Below, one piece after another: positions 13,744 to 26,733 of a stretch of DNA of 64,000 nucleotides. The first letter of the stretch is position 1. Each line of letters opens with the position of its first letter. The DNA lies in assembly GCA_013239625.1 (NCBI GenBank), contig MU054187.1, positions 2,925,757-2,989,756 of the forward strand, read 5' to 3'. Source of the DNA: Lama guanicoe. Its lineage: Eukaryota. A program made the position numbers and the translations under genes. The notes under the pieces were generated by a model. That model was not told the origin of the DNA and ran no database searches. It saw nothing but the letters and a program-made list of their open reading frames with translations.

Positions 13744-13896
13744 TTTTAAAAAAAAAATGTGGGGGGGAATAAATTAGGTTTATTTATTTTCATTTATTTA
13801 TATTTTATTATTTTTAATGGAGGCACTGGGGACTGAACCCAGGACCCCACGCGTGCTAACGCCCACTCTGCCCCTGAGCTGTACCCTTGCCCCCCG
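13744..13896 (-). mobile_element. Camelid tRNA-derived SINE (Vic-1-like) with TSD
   Basis: Minus strand reads ggggcaagggtacagctcaggggcagag (A-box-like)...gggttcagtcccc (B-box-like) agtgcctccattaaaaataa...aaataaacctaatttattcccccccc. Flanking repeat ccataatgtct (13733-13743) / ccgtagtgtct (13897-13907). Confidence 0.85.
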
Positions 13897-14350
13897 CCGT
13901 AGTGTCTGGATTCTACTCTGCGCTCAGGAAGTTTGCTGTATGAACGATTCTTCACCTGCTTCTCCACTGTGCACCCACAGGTGAGACGTTCAGGGGAAAC
14001 CAGTTCTCATTTCTCCCGAGTGTTACCTTTCACTCACATCGCATATAAAAGCCAAATAAAGCAGTCTCTGGGAGATTCTGTGGAGGTGGTGTGCGGGGCT
14101 CTGGCTTCCTCCCCTGAGATGTCTTCAGAGCAGAGCTCCTCTGCTTGGATTCTGGTCTGCGTGTTAGGTGTTAACGTGAGGAGGTGTGTGGATGAAGGGT
14201 TGATTCAATGGGTAAAACCGCTGTTTTAACTGTTGCTCAGGGGGCATTGCCACGCGATGCGGGAATGAGACATCACCACGTTACCACAAAGGTCCAGGCA
14301 CGCGGAAGAGGAAAGTGGTGCACGCGGGGTGGTGAGCCGTGCACACGCAC

Positions 14351-14579
14351 CTTCCAGGTGGTTCGCTCACATCGGGGAAGTTTGGTCAGTTTCTGTCTCG
14401 GGCGTGTGATTTCTTGCCAGTTAAACGGTAAACAGCAAGTCTGTCGGTGCACACTGGGTACCCCGGGAGGGTGCTGTCCCAGGTGGGCGAAGTTATCACT
14501 GTGGTCCAGGCTGACCACGCTTCTCCGCTCCTGGAACCTGGCTTCATATTGCAAGTGCTCCGTGTGGCTCTCAGCTGCA
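14351..14579 (-). CDS. Candidate internal coding exon, 229 nt (AAESHTEHLQYEARFQERRSVVSLDHSDNF...ERTTWK)
   Basis: Acceptor ctctgttag|, donor AAG|gtgcgt; open in phase 2 to 0, which joins exon 14841-14915 to exon 6946-7020. Confidence 0.5.
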
Positions 14580-14840
14580 CTAACAGAGTCACGCTCCCAG
14601 GGATTACAAACAGCAAGGGTGTATCACAAGCATTTGTCAAAAAATGTGATTAATTTTGAAACTTGTGCACTCATTTTTGCCAGCATATTTTTGACTCATC
14701 CAGTTCTTGGCATTTACCTCCAGGATTTTGGCAGACCATGTTATTTTCCAGCAAAAGAAGAGATATTTCCTTTTTCTGGCCATGTGTATTTTGAAAATCA
14801 AAGACCTAATTGTTTACCATCGGATTAGAGAATCACTTAC

Positions 14841-14915
14841 CCTAGGACTTCCATCGAATGGGGACACTGACCACCATCTGAGTCTACGGCAAGTCCCATA
14901 GTACTCTTAGTAAAG
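14841..14915 (-). CDS. Candidate internal coding exon, 75 nt (FTKSTMGLAVDSDGGQCPHSMEVLG)
   Basis: Acceptor attttatgtag|, strong donor AGG|gtaagt; open in phase 2, stop in phase 0. Confidence 0.55.
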
Positions 14916-16390
14916 CTACATAAAATCTGGCTTCTTACATGTTTTCATTTTTATAAGTTGTGTTTCTTTGGTCTGGCTTCTCTCAAATTTGTCACGAAGA
15001 ATGTATTTGTGATATAACACCATCTTATATTAAAACCATGAAAAGAATTTAAAAGTCCTACTTGCGGTTTTTAATTTTCCTATTTGATAGATTTAGGAAA
15101 AGTAGCAAAATAGTGTTGGTGTCAGAATTGATTGCTACTGAACCAAAAGAAGGGGTTATTTTTCGCTCACAGAACGTCAGACCCGAGCTGGGTGACGGGA
15201 GGCTGGTGTGGTGGCTCCAAGTGTCACTGGAAAAAGGTGTGAAGTTCTGGTTCTCAGCTGCACCTCTTTCAGGGTGACAGCCACAACTTCATAGTCTGAA
15301 GAAAGAGGCTGCGCTGAGCCACCTGTTTCAAGGGGGAAGGAGGGAAAAGGAAAAGAGACAAAAGGTGGCTGACGCCCGCTGGTCTGCTCGTGTGCAGAGC
15401 TTACCTCGAAGTGACGCCCTCTCTCCCCTGGTGGCTTGTAACTCTTTAGCCAGAACGGGGTCCCACAGCCCTCAAGTTGCAAAGGACATCTGGGAATCTA
15501 AACATCTAACTGGGCTTGTGGCTGCCATAGGCAAAAGGATCAGGGGCTAAGAGCAGAACTGCATCAGGCAGCTAGCAGTGTCTGACACACCCAGAAACAC
15601 TAAATAAATTGAGAATTAGCGACCTATAGAGAGCATCCCTGGATGCATCTTCCTACATCTTTCCACTTTCGGAATAAAGAAGGTCTAGGTAAATAAAGGG
15701 TGACGCCAACTGTACCATAGCCATGTAATAGCCCTCGGGTTGACTAAGAAATGTCAAAAAAAAAAAAAAAAGAGAGAAAGAAAATTAAACGTCGAGTGGG
15801 AGAATCCACCAACACGCCTCTGGTCGCATCCCCGAGTCTACACCTGGTACCCTCCCATCAGCAACACTGCGGTGCCCACCTTGCGACGTGCAAAGCTGTC
15901 AAAGCAACCAGTCGAAATGTGACAGTTACAGGTCATAGAGACCAACGTTGCCCTTAGTTTCATCAAACTATCCTGCCTGGGTTTTTGGAAGAGTGTGTCG
16001 CTCATTTGTTTGGATTCTTTTCTGTAACTTGTTATTTCCATTAGAATGCAAAAGGTACGTTTTACACATTAAGCATCATAACGTTTCAAGGAAGTAGACA
16101 CACCCTCCTTCTTGCGTTTCTACCAGACAGATGGTTAGATTGTTACAAAGGAAGGACCCGCCTCTACCTCCTCTGTCAGGTTTCCTTGTAGCTGGATCAG
16201 CAAGCCCTTGAAGAAAGATTTCCCTGAAGTCGTAATTCCACTGAAAGAAATGTCTATCTTGTTATTTAGATCTCAGTATTTCTTTGATTTAGCTAGGAAC
16301 AAAATTATAGTTTCCATTATAAAAGCAGATTTTCAGTTACAGTCTAAATTTGCCTAACTGTCTAGGACTACCAAAAGCTTCCAGAACACA

Positions 16391-16585
16391 TGATGGACTC
16401 TGGGTGATCATGATGTAGGAGTGCAGGCATCAGCTGTAGCAAACACACCCTCTGGTGGAAGAGGCAGACAGTGGGAGGGGCTACGCACGGGTTGGGGTAG
16501 AGGTTATGCGGGAAATCTCCATGCCTTCCTCTCAATTTCCCCATGAACTTACTAAAACTGTTATAAAAAAATAAAGTCTTTTAAA
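16391..16585 (+). mobile_element. L1 3' terminal fragment (L1MC-like)
   Basis: atggactctgggtgatcatgatg...gggaaatctccatgccttcctctcaatt...aaaactgttataaaaaaataaagtc; same family text as 1948-2722. Confidence 0.8.
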
Positions 16586-19429
16586 AGATGACTCATATTT
16601 GGTAGGTTTACTTTTTAAAGCATTAATTTTAATCACATTAACTTTTTAAAGAAAATTTGAAAGAGTTAAATGGAACAGAATACGGAAGCATGACATTAGA
16701 TTTCTTCCCAAGCTTGTCGGATGCTGTTTTAACCCAGGAAGATGAACAAGTAACATGATCAAGAGACACAGGGAGAAGCCTGTGGTCAGAGGAACACTTG
16801 AAATTACTTCCCAGGCTTTTGGGTATGTAACAAAACCCAGAATTGTCTAAGAAAATTTATTTTGCAACATTCTGCCAAATCCCAAATGCCAGAGAATCTT
16901 GGCAGACGCCTTGATAATTCAGTCTTGCTGCTCTAAATCATTTTCCAGGGACCAGGCTTTGTGATGCTACATGCAATAGTGTTGAAGCAAAACTGCTCAG
17001 ATACCATTCTATTTTAGAAAAATGCCAAAAACCAAATACGCTTTGACTTCTACTATGGAAAGGTTCTTGCTCACAATGCCTTTGTATTCAATTTCTTTTT
17101 CTTTTCTTTTCTTTGTTTTGGTCATTTAACAGTTGCACGTTGAGGGCATAATGCTATAATTAACGTTTCTTGTCTGTTACCTGACCTACATTTGAAGAGA
17201 GCAATCAAGCTATACAAGGCACTGTTTGGTCTTACATATTAATTTGTTATATTTAAATGGATACATGTAGGACATAATTAACAGATCAAAGCTTTTGAGT
17301 CATGCTGTGCACTTCACTCGTGATACTTCTTACTGACAATGAAATGAAGATAATTTCTCTAGTTCATGTAATACTGTCTTCATATAGATGAAACATTATT
17401 TCATAGGTAAGGTGTAAAAAAATAAATAATGTAGCAAGTTAAAATTTTTATATTGGAACAAAATCCTTAAAAGATGATTTAGTAATTTTAGAGGTAATTG
17501 GGAAATGCCATGTAAACTTGGGTCCTAATATATACATGTGTTTTTCTGAAAAAAAAAAATCATGGCCCTCAGTTCAGTGGCTTAAACCACTGACAGCAGT
17601 ACTCATGTGAAACCACAAATATGCACCTTCCTTTAGGACTGTTTTTCAGATAAAGGGATGTGGAGTCCTTTGAGAGTAGCCCATTCTATTTTGAGGAAGA
17701 GGAAAGAATTCAGGGGATCCAGCAGTATTTTATTGTTGCAAGTAAGCAAAGATACTTTAAGGAATTGTGTAGGATCATGTTGAAAGGGGAAAGAGCCATC
17801 CTACTGGTAGGGTGGTAGCCAAGATGTAGGTTTTTGAGCATCAGTAAAAAAAAAAAATTATTAATTATAACAAGGTGAGTCAGCATCTATGAAAAACTGT
17901 GTGTTCATAGGAATATTCAAAGAAAAATTAAAAATAAAGTTTAAGAACTACTTTTACTGCAACTAAAAGACGTATCATAGGGTACCTATTTAGTGAGCTT
18001 TGAGTGAGTACTGATGCATTTGAGTATTTTTCTGTCAAGAGTATGTCAGCTTATAAAGTATTGATATGCATTCTTCTCTGTAAAAAGAGTTGGCACGATA
18101 TTGAAAATTTTGAGTAAGCCGAGTAGTTCTAGGAAAAGCAGGGATTGTCCTGAGAATAGAAGAACAAATGGACACAGCTGGTCAGTACCAGGGCAGGGTG
18201 GAAGGGGTCCCACTGGGAGTGGGAAGCTGATGGATATCAGCCACAGGCTGATATAAGAAACTGTACCAATAACTCACTATGGAGATGCTCTCTTCCTCTC
18301 TGTCATCTCCTGGGAGATAAAAATCGCAGAATAACTCTACGAATTGTAACAAAATACTACTTAGACATATGTAGTTTTGCAGATTTGCTAACAGATCAGG
18401 TCAATGTAAGATACTGGTGTGGCCATAGATTATACAACTCGAAAACACATCATTTTGGAGAAAGGCTGCATGTAACGGAAACTAAAACTCGTAGGAAAGA
18501 CGTAAGATTCAAAAGTTCCACGGAGGTAACCACTGAAGCTTAGCTGCATAATGAGGGTCCAGGAAGAAGGCACAGAACTTGCAAAGCCAACTTGACTGGG
18601 AAGATGGCTAAAACCCGAGGAAGATACAGAAACGTTACAGTCCTGTGGCGGCCCAGGAGAAAATACCGAGGGGACCCTACAAGGCACGCAGCGGCGGGGC
18701 TCCCAGCCGGCCGCTCACGTCACCCCCGTGGGTCCCCCGGCCCCTGTCTGGTGTTCTTTGATCAGAAACCTCTCTGAGTCCTTTGGGACACACGAGGCTT
18801 CCAGCTGCTTCTCCCCAGAAAGGCTTCTTGTAGACCAGCTATCTTAGAGGGCCTTGGAATGCAGGGAAACAAGCAAACCAGGGCTCCCTGTGTCTGGAGA
18901 AACCGATTCGTGTGTCACAGCTTCCAGCCTCCCGGCCCAGCTGGCTTGTGCCCCTTCCAGAAAGACGGGGTGAAAGGGCAGTGAGTTGTAAAATTAGACA
19001 ATCCGTGTTCGTGTGCCAGTCCCACGGCTTCTGTGGGCACTCACTGGATGTACTGGCGGCTTAACTTTCCTCATTGGAAGAGTGGGTCTGCTTGCACTTT
19101 ACAGGCTTGTTTAAGACTGAGGCGAGAGCGCGCGTGGGCTGGCTGGCATCCTGTGAGTGGCGGCAGAATCGATCGGGACACGTTCTCAACGCCCTGCCCT
19201 GGGTGGCGCTGTGAGCAGCACCTGGGGCGTCCGGCTCCGGAGACTGGGATCAGAAAACACACTGGCAATTCTCTCTTTGACGGCCTTTGCTCTAGTGCTG
19301 GATGCTTACTACTGTTCTTTAAAGAAAAATTCCCCCCATTGTTGCCATTTCTGGCTTCTCTTTACTTGCCCGTCTTTCATACTAAAAAGTAGGAATGTTA
19401 CCGTTTTAATGCTATTGTCAGTGGTGATC

Positions 19430-19640
19430 GCCACTATTTACTGAGCTCTCCCCTAAGTGCCAGGAGCGGTGCCTGCTGCTGACATACGTTATTTCATCTC
19501 ATTCACAACTAGCACATTTTACAGATGAAGTGAGTGAGAGGAGGGACTTTGAATAAGTTTTAAAGCATCAAACGGCTAAGTAATGACCAAGCTGGGTTCC
19601 AAACACCCGTGTGGTTCCAAAACACTTGTTTTTGCTTCTA
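19430..19640 (-). mobile_element. MIR
   Basis: ctatttactgagctct...gtgccagg...atttcatctcattcac...cattttacagatgaag...ctgggttccaaac. Confidence 0.75.
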
Positions 19641-21659
19641 TAATAGTTTCCCTCCAAGGGTCCATGGTGTGCAGAGCATGACAACGGAGTCCTTTTCACA
19701 TTTTTAGGTCCAAGCCACCATAATGAAATGAAATAATAAACTTGCTATAGTGCGTCTGTCATGCACAGTATTATTTTATAAACACTTCACTCATTCATGG
19801 TGCGTGTGTGTGAGCAGGGCCAAGATATAAAATGGATTCTCCAAGAATATGAAAACTAACACATGTCTGTTCACGTGTGGCTGAGCGTGGTGATGTACAC
19901 CGGAAATCGGCACGACTTCGTAAACTGACTTCAGTAAAAAGCCGTGGACACATAAACTGGATTCTCAATGCTGTCGTACTGAGAAATGCTTGAGAGTCCC
20001 TGCTGCTGCATTTGCCAACCAGACCAGTAAGCCTTAAAGACGAATGCACACAGCCAAAGGGTTATACTGGAGAGAAATGCTAGGATCTCTGTTTTTGCTA
20101 TTTGTTTTTAGTGTATAAAATAAGGGAAGAAACGATGTTGTTTGGCCACGTTACGGGTAAAAACAAATGGAAATTTGATAAGAAGTCATGGAAAGAAACA
20201 CTCCAAAACTAAATTATCAACTTTTGTATGTTAACTGTACTTCAATAGAAGCAGAGAAGAAAAAATAAATTACCGAGAAGACCGTTCAGAATATAGGTTT
20301 GCTCACTATCCTTCCTTAACAATGAAATTTTTCTTGACGTATATATAGATGGGCCCTGCAGATGTATGCAAAAAGCAGGGTGAAGCTGTGCCACAGAAAT
20401 GTGCACGGCATTTAAAAACTGAACCAATGGATTATAAAAAACAACTGTCTACCTAGTTTTACCAAGTATAAATTATTTAATCCACAATTTACATTTTATA
20501 AAACTTTGCCAAAGTTTATGCTAAGGGTTTAAAAGTTTCTGTTTTGTTTTTTACTAATAGGGGAAGACAGAAATCCACACACTGCCAGAGAAACGTTTTT
20601 TCTTCCTATAGTAGCAACGAAAGTGGCAAAACGCACAACAAATGGATAGCCACACGAGAACAAACTACAGTGTGTTCCTTTGTGAGCAAATTCTCATGTT
20701 ATTGGAACGCACGGGGAAAATATTGCTTCAAGTTGAAAAAGCACATATCAGAAAAAATTACGCAGCTTTGGACAAGTGAGACCAGTGCAGTTAGCTGGAA
20801 GCAGATGCGTGCTTTTAACTTGTTCTAACTGTGGTGCTCAGCGAAGCAACTATGAAATGCAAGAAAAATCACTGTTTCTGCGGGTCACTAAAGGAAAGAG
20901 GTACCAGAGGTGGTATCGGAAGTGAATAATATTTTTAATAAAAATAAATATTTTGTGGAAAAGATGTATGTGTAATCACTAACGAAACAATTGCTTTGAG
21001 CTTGGGATAACAGAGGATTTCAGGATAAGGTCACAGAGCTGCAGCCTCATAATAGTTATTCACTGAATTTTTCATAGGCAGGTTATTGCAGCAAAAAAGC
21101 TGAGAGCAGGGATGTACAGAGTTCTCCAGGACAGCATCTGTATCTGTGCAGTTAAACTTTAAAATAGGACCTTTAAAATGTGGCAGGATGCTCACAATAT
21201 TTTGTAATGAAATAGGGAGTGATCATTAACTATTTTCAACACAAGATTCACTTGTCATTTTGTGGCAAAACACTTAATAGAGTTATTGAACTTAAAGATG
21301 TTAACTTTTTTCCTTTTATTAAAAAAATGGCATTCCAAATTTGCAGACATTTTCTGTGATAAGTTACTGGTCAGTATTATGTTACCAAACACAAATTAAA
21401 AAAAAAAATAAGTGCATTTACTCACTCTCAAAAGATTACAGTGAATTTTAAAAAAGAGTAAAAATTTGACTACTTGTCAAAAGAAACCCATGCCATGGAG
21501 GGAGAATTTTGAAAGCAGTTGTCTAGAAATGTCTTCTCCATTATTATATTAGTTGCTGAAAACAACGTATGTGCTACCTATAAAAAATATTTGTGAATAT
21601 AAACTTTAATAATTTGGAATTAATCAAAAAGGCCTTAGGCAAGGAAGTTATCATATTAG

Positions 21660-21679
21660 GAGAGAGAGAGAGAGAGAGA
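21660..21679. repeat. (GA)n microsatellite
   Basis: gagagagagagagagagaga. Confidence 0.95.
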
Positions 21680-24600
21680 TATTTTAGTTAAACCAGTATC
21701 TTCCAGACAGATCTAAAAATATGTGAAAGTGAACAAAATATAACTGATATGAAATAACATTTCTATGGTGTTTCCAGTCTTGACATTCAGTTATTTCAAA
21801 TCACATTTTTTTGACTGAGGACTAAAGGAAGCTGCTCAAAGTAAGCAGTGTGTGTGAGCCTGACTAAGAAAACCTAGGTACACAGTCTAATGTTGATAGG
21901 GGAAAAAATCCTTTGTAATCAGCAAAAATAATAGTAAGGTAGTTGATTATTTTATTTTATTTTACTTTATTTCACTTTATTTTCGTTTTATTAAGAATGG
22001 GTTTGCATTAAGCCTTCTTTTTCTTGTAGCTTTAGCTCAAAGACACGGACACGGAGGAAGAGCTGGCCTTTCCAGCTGTAGGGATGCTGAGGGGAAGTGT
22101 GGCTGTGTGCCCAGCCACCCGCCAGGCGAGGCTCCCTGAGGGAGGGGTACCCCTGAGGCTACGATCAACCGCCCACCCCTCCCCAGTTCTTCTGTCACGT
22201 ACCTCACGTCAGGCTGAGCGAGCCCGTCTTGCAGACGGCTTTCTAGGACACTAGATTTCAGGCAGACTCCATCATCTCTCTATTTTGGAGACTAGGGGTT
22301 TCAATTTTATTTCTTTTTTTGTGATTTTAGACAAATGCCATTTTTTATTAAACCCAATTTAAATGTAAGTGTGTATGTTTTTTCACCCCAAATGTCTGTT
22401 ATCTAATGGTTATCGTTAAAATTCAAGGCCAAAAAAAAAAAGTAAAAGAAAAAGAAAAAAGACTTGTGTAGGTACTTTCACTGTAAGCTTCTTTGCCACA
22501 AGCTGCACGACTAATTGGCTGGAAGGCAATTTTGCCACAAAAGATAAAATAAGTGGTTGACAGTGTTTAGTTTGACAGTTTGGTTTCAACTGGCTGCAGC
22601 GCATTAGCGACGTTAGAGATGGCTTCATCAAACTGACAGATGACGATGACTTGCCCCAAGGGCTGGTTTCCTGTTTTGAAACGTACAGCATTGGAGGAGA
22701 AAGAGGCAGCGGACGGCCTGGAAGGAGCGGGCCTGCACCCACACCTCCCACAGGACTTCGGGACGTCTGTCAGGGGACACTGACGCTATTCTGAGAGCAA
22801 ACAAGAGTGTGGAGGTTTCACCGCACGATGCAGAGCTCAGTTACAAACACTCATCCTTGCATTTGGAAAAGGACCCCTCTTTTAGTGAAGGAAGAAACTT
22901 TAATGAAAAAGAAAAAAAAAGTGATGCTGAGCAAGGAGACAAATCATCAAGCAAAAAACCAACAAAAACCAAACAGAAGAATGTATACACGTGCCAAACA
23001 CCACGGACGAAAGACTCGAAAGACAGGCGCTTGGTGCCGCCCACAGCTGAGCTCAGCTGCTGGCGCAGGGCTGCCGGGAATCTGCACGCAACTTCAACGT
23101 CTTCAAGTATTCTTTATTTCACAATAAAGCCTTCAATTTTGTTATTCATTCCTCATGTTTCATTATGTCCTTTTTAGTGTCCCTCTTTTATTGTTTGCTA
23201 TTTTATCTTTTGTATGGCAAAAAAAAAAACAAACCTCATGGCCAATTAATTATTCAGCAAAAACGTCCACGGCAAAGGTGCTTGTGGTGAAAATACTGGA
23301 CACACTTTAGAACAAATGGAAGATATTCTGACCATGTAATTTGCAACACTTCAGGTGAGACCATCTGTGTACACACCTGTTTGTGCACTGCACGCACAAA
23401 GGGTCAGCTTGGGGGAATGTCAATCAGTAATTCCGAAGAGAGGGCTGGCCAGCGTGCCTCAGAGCCGGGACACTGGTGAAATTGCTCAGTGCAGGGATTC
23501 AAGGCATTTAATTCTACAAAGAGTTTATGCAGCTCTTGTTCAGATATTCTGATGGGCTGTCTAAGGATGACGTGCTGATTAACTATGCGTTGCCTTCTGG
23601 AAAACATGCTAAATGGTCATTACTGTCCTGTGTGAAAACTGTTAATGCATCGTGATGGGAAGGTGGAGGCCTCTTCCCAGACCGCATCCCCTGGAGGTGA
23701 CAGTGATACCCTGCCTGACCATCCACGCTCACTGCTCACCGGGGAGAAAGAGTAGAAATTCTTCCTGGTGAGTCCTTCTCTTTTCATTCACAAAGTCCTA
23801 GAGCAGGTAAGTGAACTGTAACTAGTCAAACTGAATGGGTGTTTCTGGCTTTAGAGAGAAACCTGATCTAGAATATTAACATTCTAATTTGGGTCTTGGG
23901 AGGCATCTGAGAGTTGATGGTATATGAAGTCATAAAAGAACACTTCACGGAGTAACTCAGTCTCTAAATTGTCTCAGTAAAGATCCTAACATCTGTGTGC
24001 GAATTTGGGGGGAAGCAAACATGATTGACTCATGATCATACTTGAACAAAAAATAATCTTCCCAAAATATTTCCCAATATTAATTCTGGATTCAGGAAGT
24101 AATACACATCTGCTCATAAGGTTTCTTTCTTGGTGTTTGCATTAGTCAAGGTCTTAAGGCTGTTTCTCATTCAGTTTGTTTCACTAAGTTCTTTTGTGAC
24201 AAATGTGCTTTCCTTGGTCAGTGTCCGTACAGAGGTGCTGTCTGCATCGGGAACAGGTAAAGACATCTTCCTCATTTATTTCAGGAAAATGATCATTCCT
24301 ATAAAATAAAACTCAAGTATTCCAGTGGAAAGGCCTGTTTTGAAAAGGAAGAGCTTAGCAGAAAACCCAGAAGACAGTCACTGTAAGCGTGTTTCCTCAC
24401 GCCCCAGCACACTTAGCGCGCTCTGTCTTTAACAAAGGTGATTAAAACAGTTTACTTGAAACTGTATTTTCGTTCCTGCACAGGAGTGATTTTTGAAAAA
24501 CATCTTGTGAATGATGTTTTATGTGAAGATTAAAAAACTGGTAGGGGTTTTCTTTTTTCCATTTCCTTGTTGATGGTCCCTAGACACGGACGTCTGGGGA

Positions 24601-26460
24601 CGGTGTTTGTTGCTTGACTGAAACACCAGACCACGAAAAATTACAAACTGCCCAAAGTAACGAAGACGCAGCAATTTCTCTCTGAACAATTAAATCGACA
24701 GCTTAAAATAGCGCAGACACTCTATCCACCGCGGGAAAAGGAGTTAAAACAAATAGGTCCACTGACAGAAAAGTAAAACCAGAAATCCTTTAAAGCGCAT
24801 TTATAGCCCTCTCAGCATAGGAATCCAGGAGAGCTTCCTGGCCTTTGTGTGACCGGGTGGTTCTCTCCTAATTCTGCTCACTAATGTGCAAAATTCCTTC
24901 AGCCACTGAGCGGACTATGTACGGACTCACTTAATATTGGTTAAAATGATATGCAAAGTATTACTGATGCCACAGGAACGCAGACAATGTTGGTTAAGCC
25001 TCAACTTAGTGTCTATAATTCAACAGTAGAAATAAATTCAAATATAATAACTTTTACGACAAATCAATGGGGTAAATTATTTTTGGAGCTTTTTCATAAC
25101 TACCTCTTTTGAAAATTACAAACCATCCCTCCCAACTTGGGAAATAACGTTCAGCCGAAACAAAGGCTTCGTCACAGATGGGACGCTTACACTGCGTGCG
25201 CGGTTAATTCCAGAAATGGCAGAGTTCTGTGCTTCTTACTGTGAATTTAACGTCAGAGCATGGATTTAATTGTTTTTTTTTCCTTTGGCCTATTTTCTTG
25301 GATTACCGTGAATGAGAATTCCATTATTTACTTGATAATGTTTCCTTTAAGTTAGGTTGCCCATGTTATGACGACTCAGATCTGAACATCTTATCTTATC
25401 AGCAATTACACTATGGAAATCAATTCCTGCATATGGAGAAAACTTTGAAAACCGAGAAGGTAAGCGTGAGATATAAAATACTGCTGTGATAATCATGGTA
25501 CAATGGAAAATATGATGAGAATTCAATCAAAATAATGGCTGATTGCGTCCATCAGTGTCTAGCTGTTACCCCCAAATCGGTGGCAGATAACGGGCTTCTG
25601 TTTGAATTCCGTTGGAAGGAAGCTGTGAATAGAATGCAGGTACACTGCATTTTCTAAGTGAAGCATCATCTAGGCTGACAAATCAGTAGTTTTTTATTGG
25701 CTTGAAAAAGAGAAAAATAGCTTTGGGAGAAAAATGAAGTTTTATCCTGTTCTATTTATTATCTCCCTCTTTGAGGCTCACTTGGAGACACTGAAGTCGT
25801 GCAGAGAGGAATCGACCACGGATAAAATTTCCTCCCTTCACTCCACATTCCCGCTTCCTGCGGGCTCTGTGAGCAGCGAACTTCATCCCGGACAGCAGGT
25901 CGGGGTGGTGGAGGGAAGCTGGACGAGAGGCCACGTCCATCCTTGTCCCTCTGGTCCTCGGTCCTCCTGGAGTCATGCAGTGTCTGTTGAAGCTCCTGCT
26001 TGACCCCTCTGCCTGGTCCCATTATGTCACCCACACATTCACCCACGTGTCCACCTACACACATGCAAGGGGAATGGACAGTTGGAGTGATTATCCGAAC
26101 AAACTGGTCTAAAACACTAGAATGGAAACGTCCCGTTGTAACTGGAAAATTGGAAAAATAACAGATGGAAAGAGGAAGAACAAGAACCTAATACACTGCA
26201 TCACTTTTCTTTCTGAATTTAAAATCATGTCGGTTTGACCCAGGCTGGATAGACCCAAGATTAAGACCGATTCTCTGGGTCATTTTGCAGTTCCTGTGCA
26301 AGAATTATGATCAGGTTTTTCTCAGTGTTTGTGGAGCCTGATGGATCAGAGTCAACTCATCCTGTAATGGTTATTAAACACCCCACATGTCTTCTCCGCC
26401 TTCAAGTTCCTCTGTTTTGCTACCTCTGCTATTCTTACGTCCCAAATAAGAGGGACCTAC

Positions 26461-26625
26461 ATCACATTTCTCACCAAATCTAATCTAACCTTCTGCTCTT
26501 TCAGCCTCTCCTTGCTGGTGTCAATCGTTGAGCTGAAAGTGGTCTCCAGGAGCAGAGTTTTGCTTCCATCGACAGACTGAGCGGTGCGGGAGAAGTTGTT
26601 CCTGCCGCGTCTCCATCTAATTTGT
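26461..26625 (-). CDS. Candidate coding exon (QIRWRRGRNNFSRTAQSVDGSKTLLLETTFSSTIDTSKERLKEQK...)
   Basis: Acceptors at 26625 (ctacaaag|) or 26616 (attag|). Alternative donors at 26490 (|gttaga), 26475 (|gtgaga) and 26461 (|gtaggt). Only one frame is open throughout. Confidence 0.45.
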
Positions 26626-26688
26626 CTTTGTAGACAGTACAAAGCCAGATGGACGGGGGGAAAGGGTCTATATTGCGGCAAACCTTAC

Positions 26689-26733
26689 TTACCAGGGGAC
26701 GTGCGGTCACATCTGTGCATCCAGATGTTGTAT
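26689..26733 (-). CDS. Candidate short exon, 41 or 45 nt (YNIWMHRCDRTSPG)
   Basis: Acceptor tttatttctgcactaaag|; tandem donors CTG|gtaagt (26693) and TAA|gtaagg (26689). Confidence 0.45.

Noticed and set aside
13820..13896. tRNA-like A and B boxes
   Set aside because: Head of a SINE with an A-rich tail and TSD, not a tRNA gene.
14208..14828. 206-aa plus-strand ORF
   Set aside because: Antisense to the minus-strand candidate exon 14351-14579; composition looks random.
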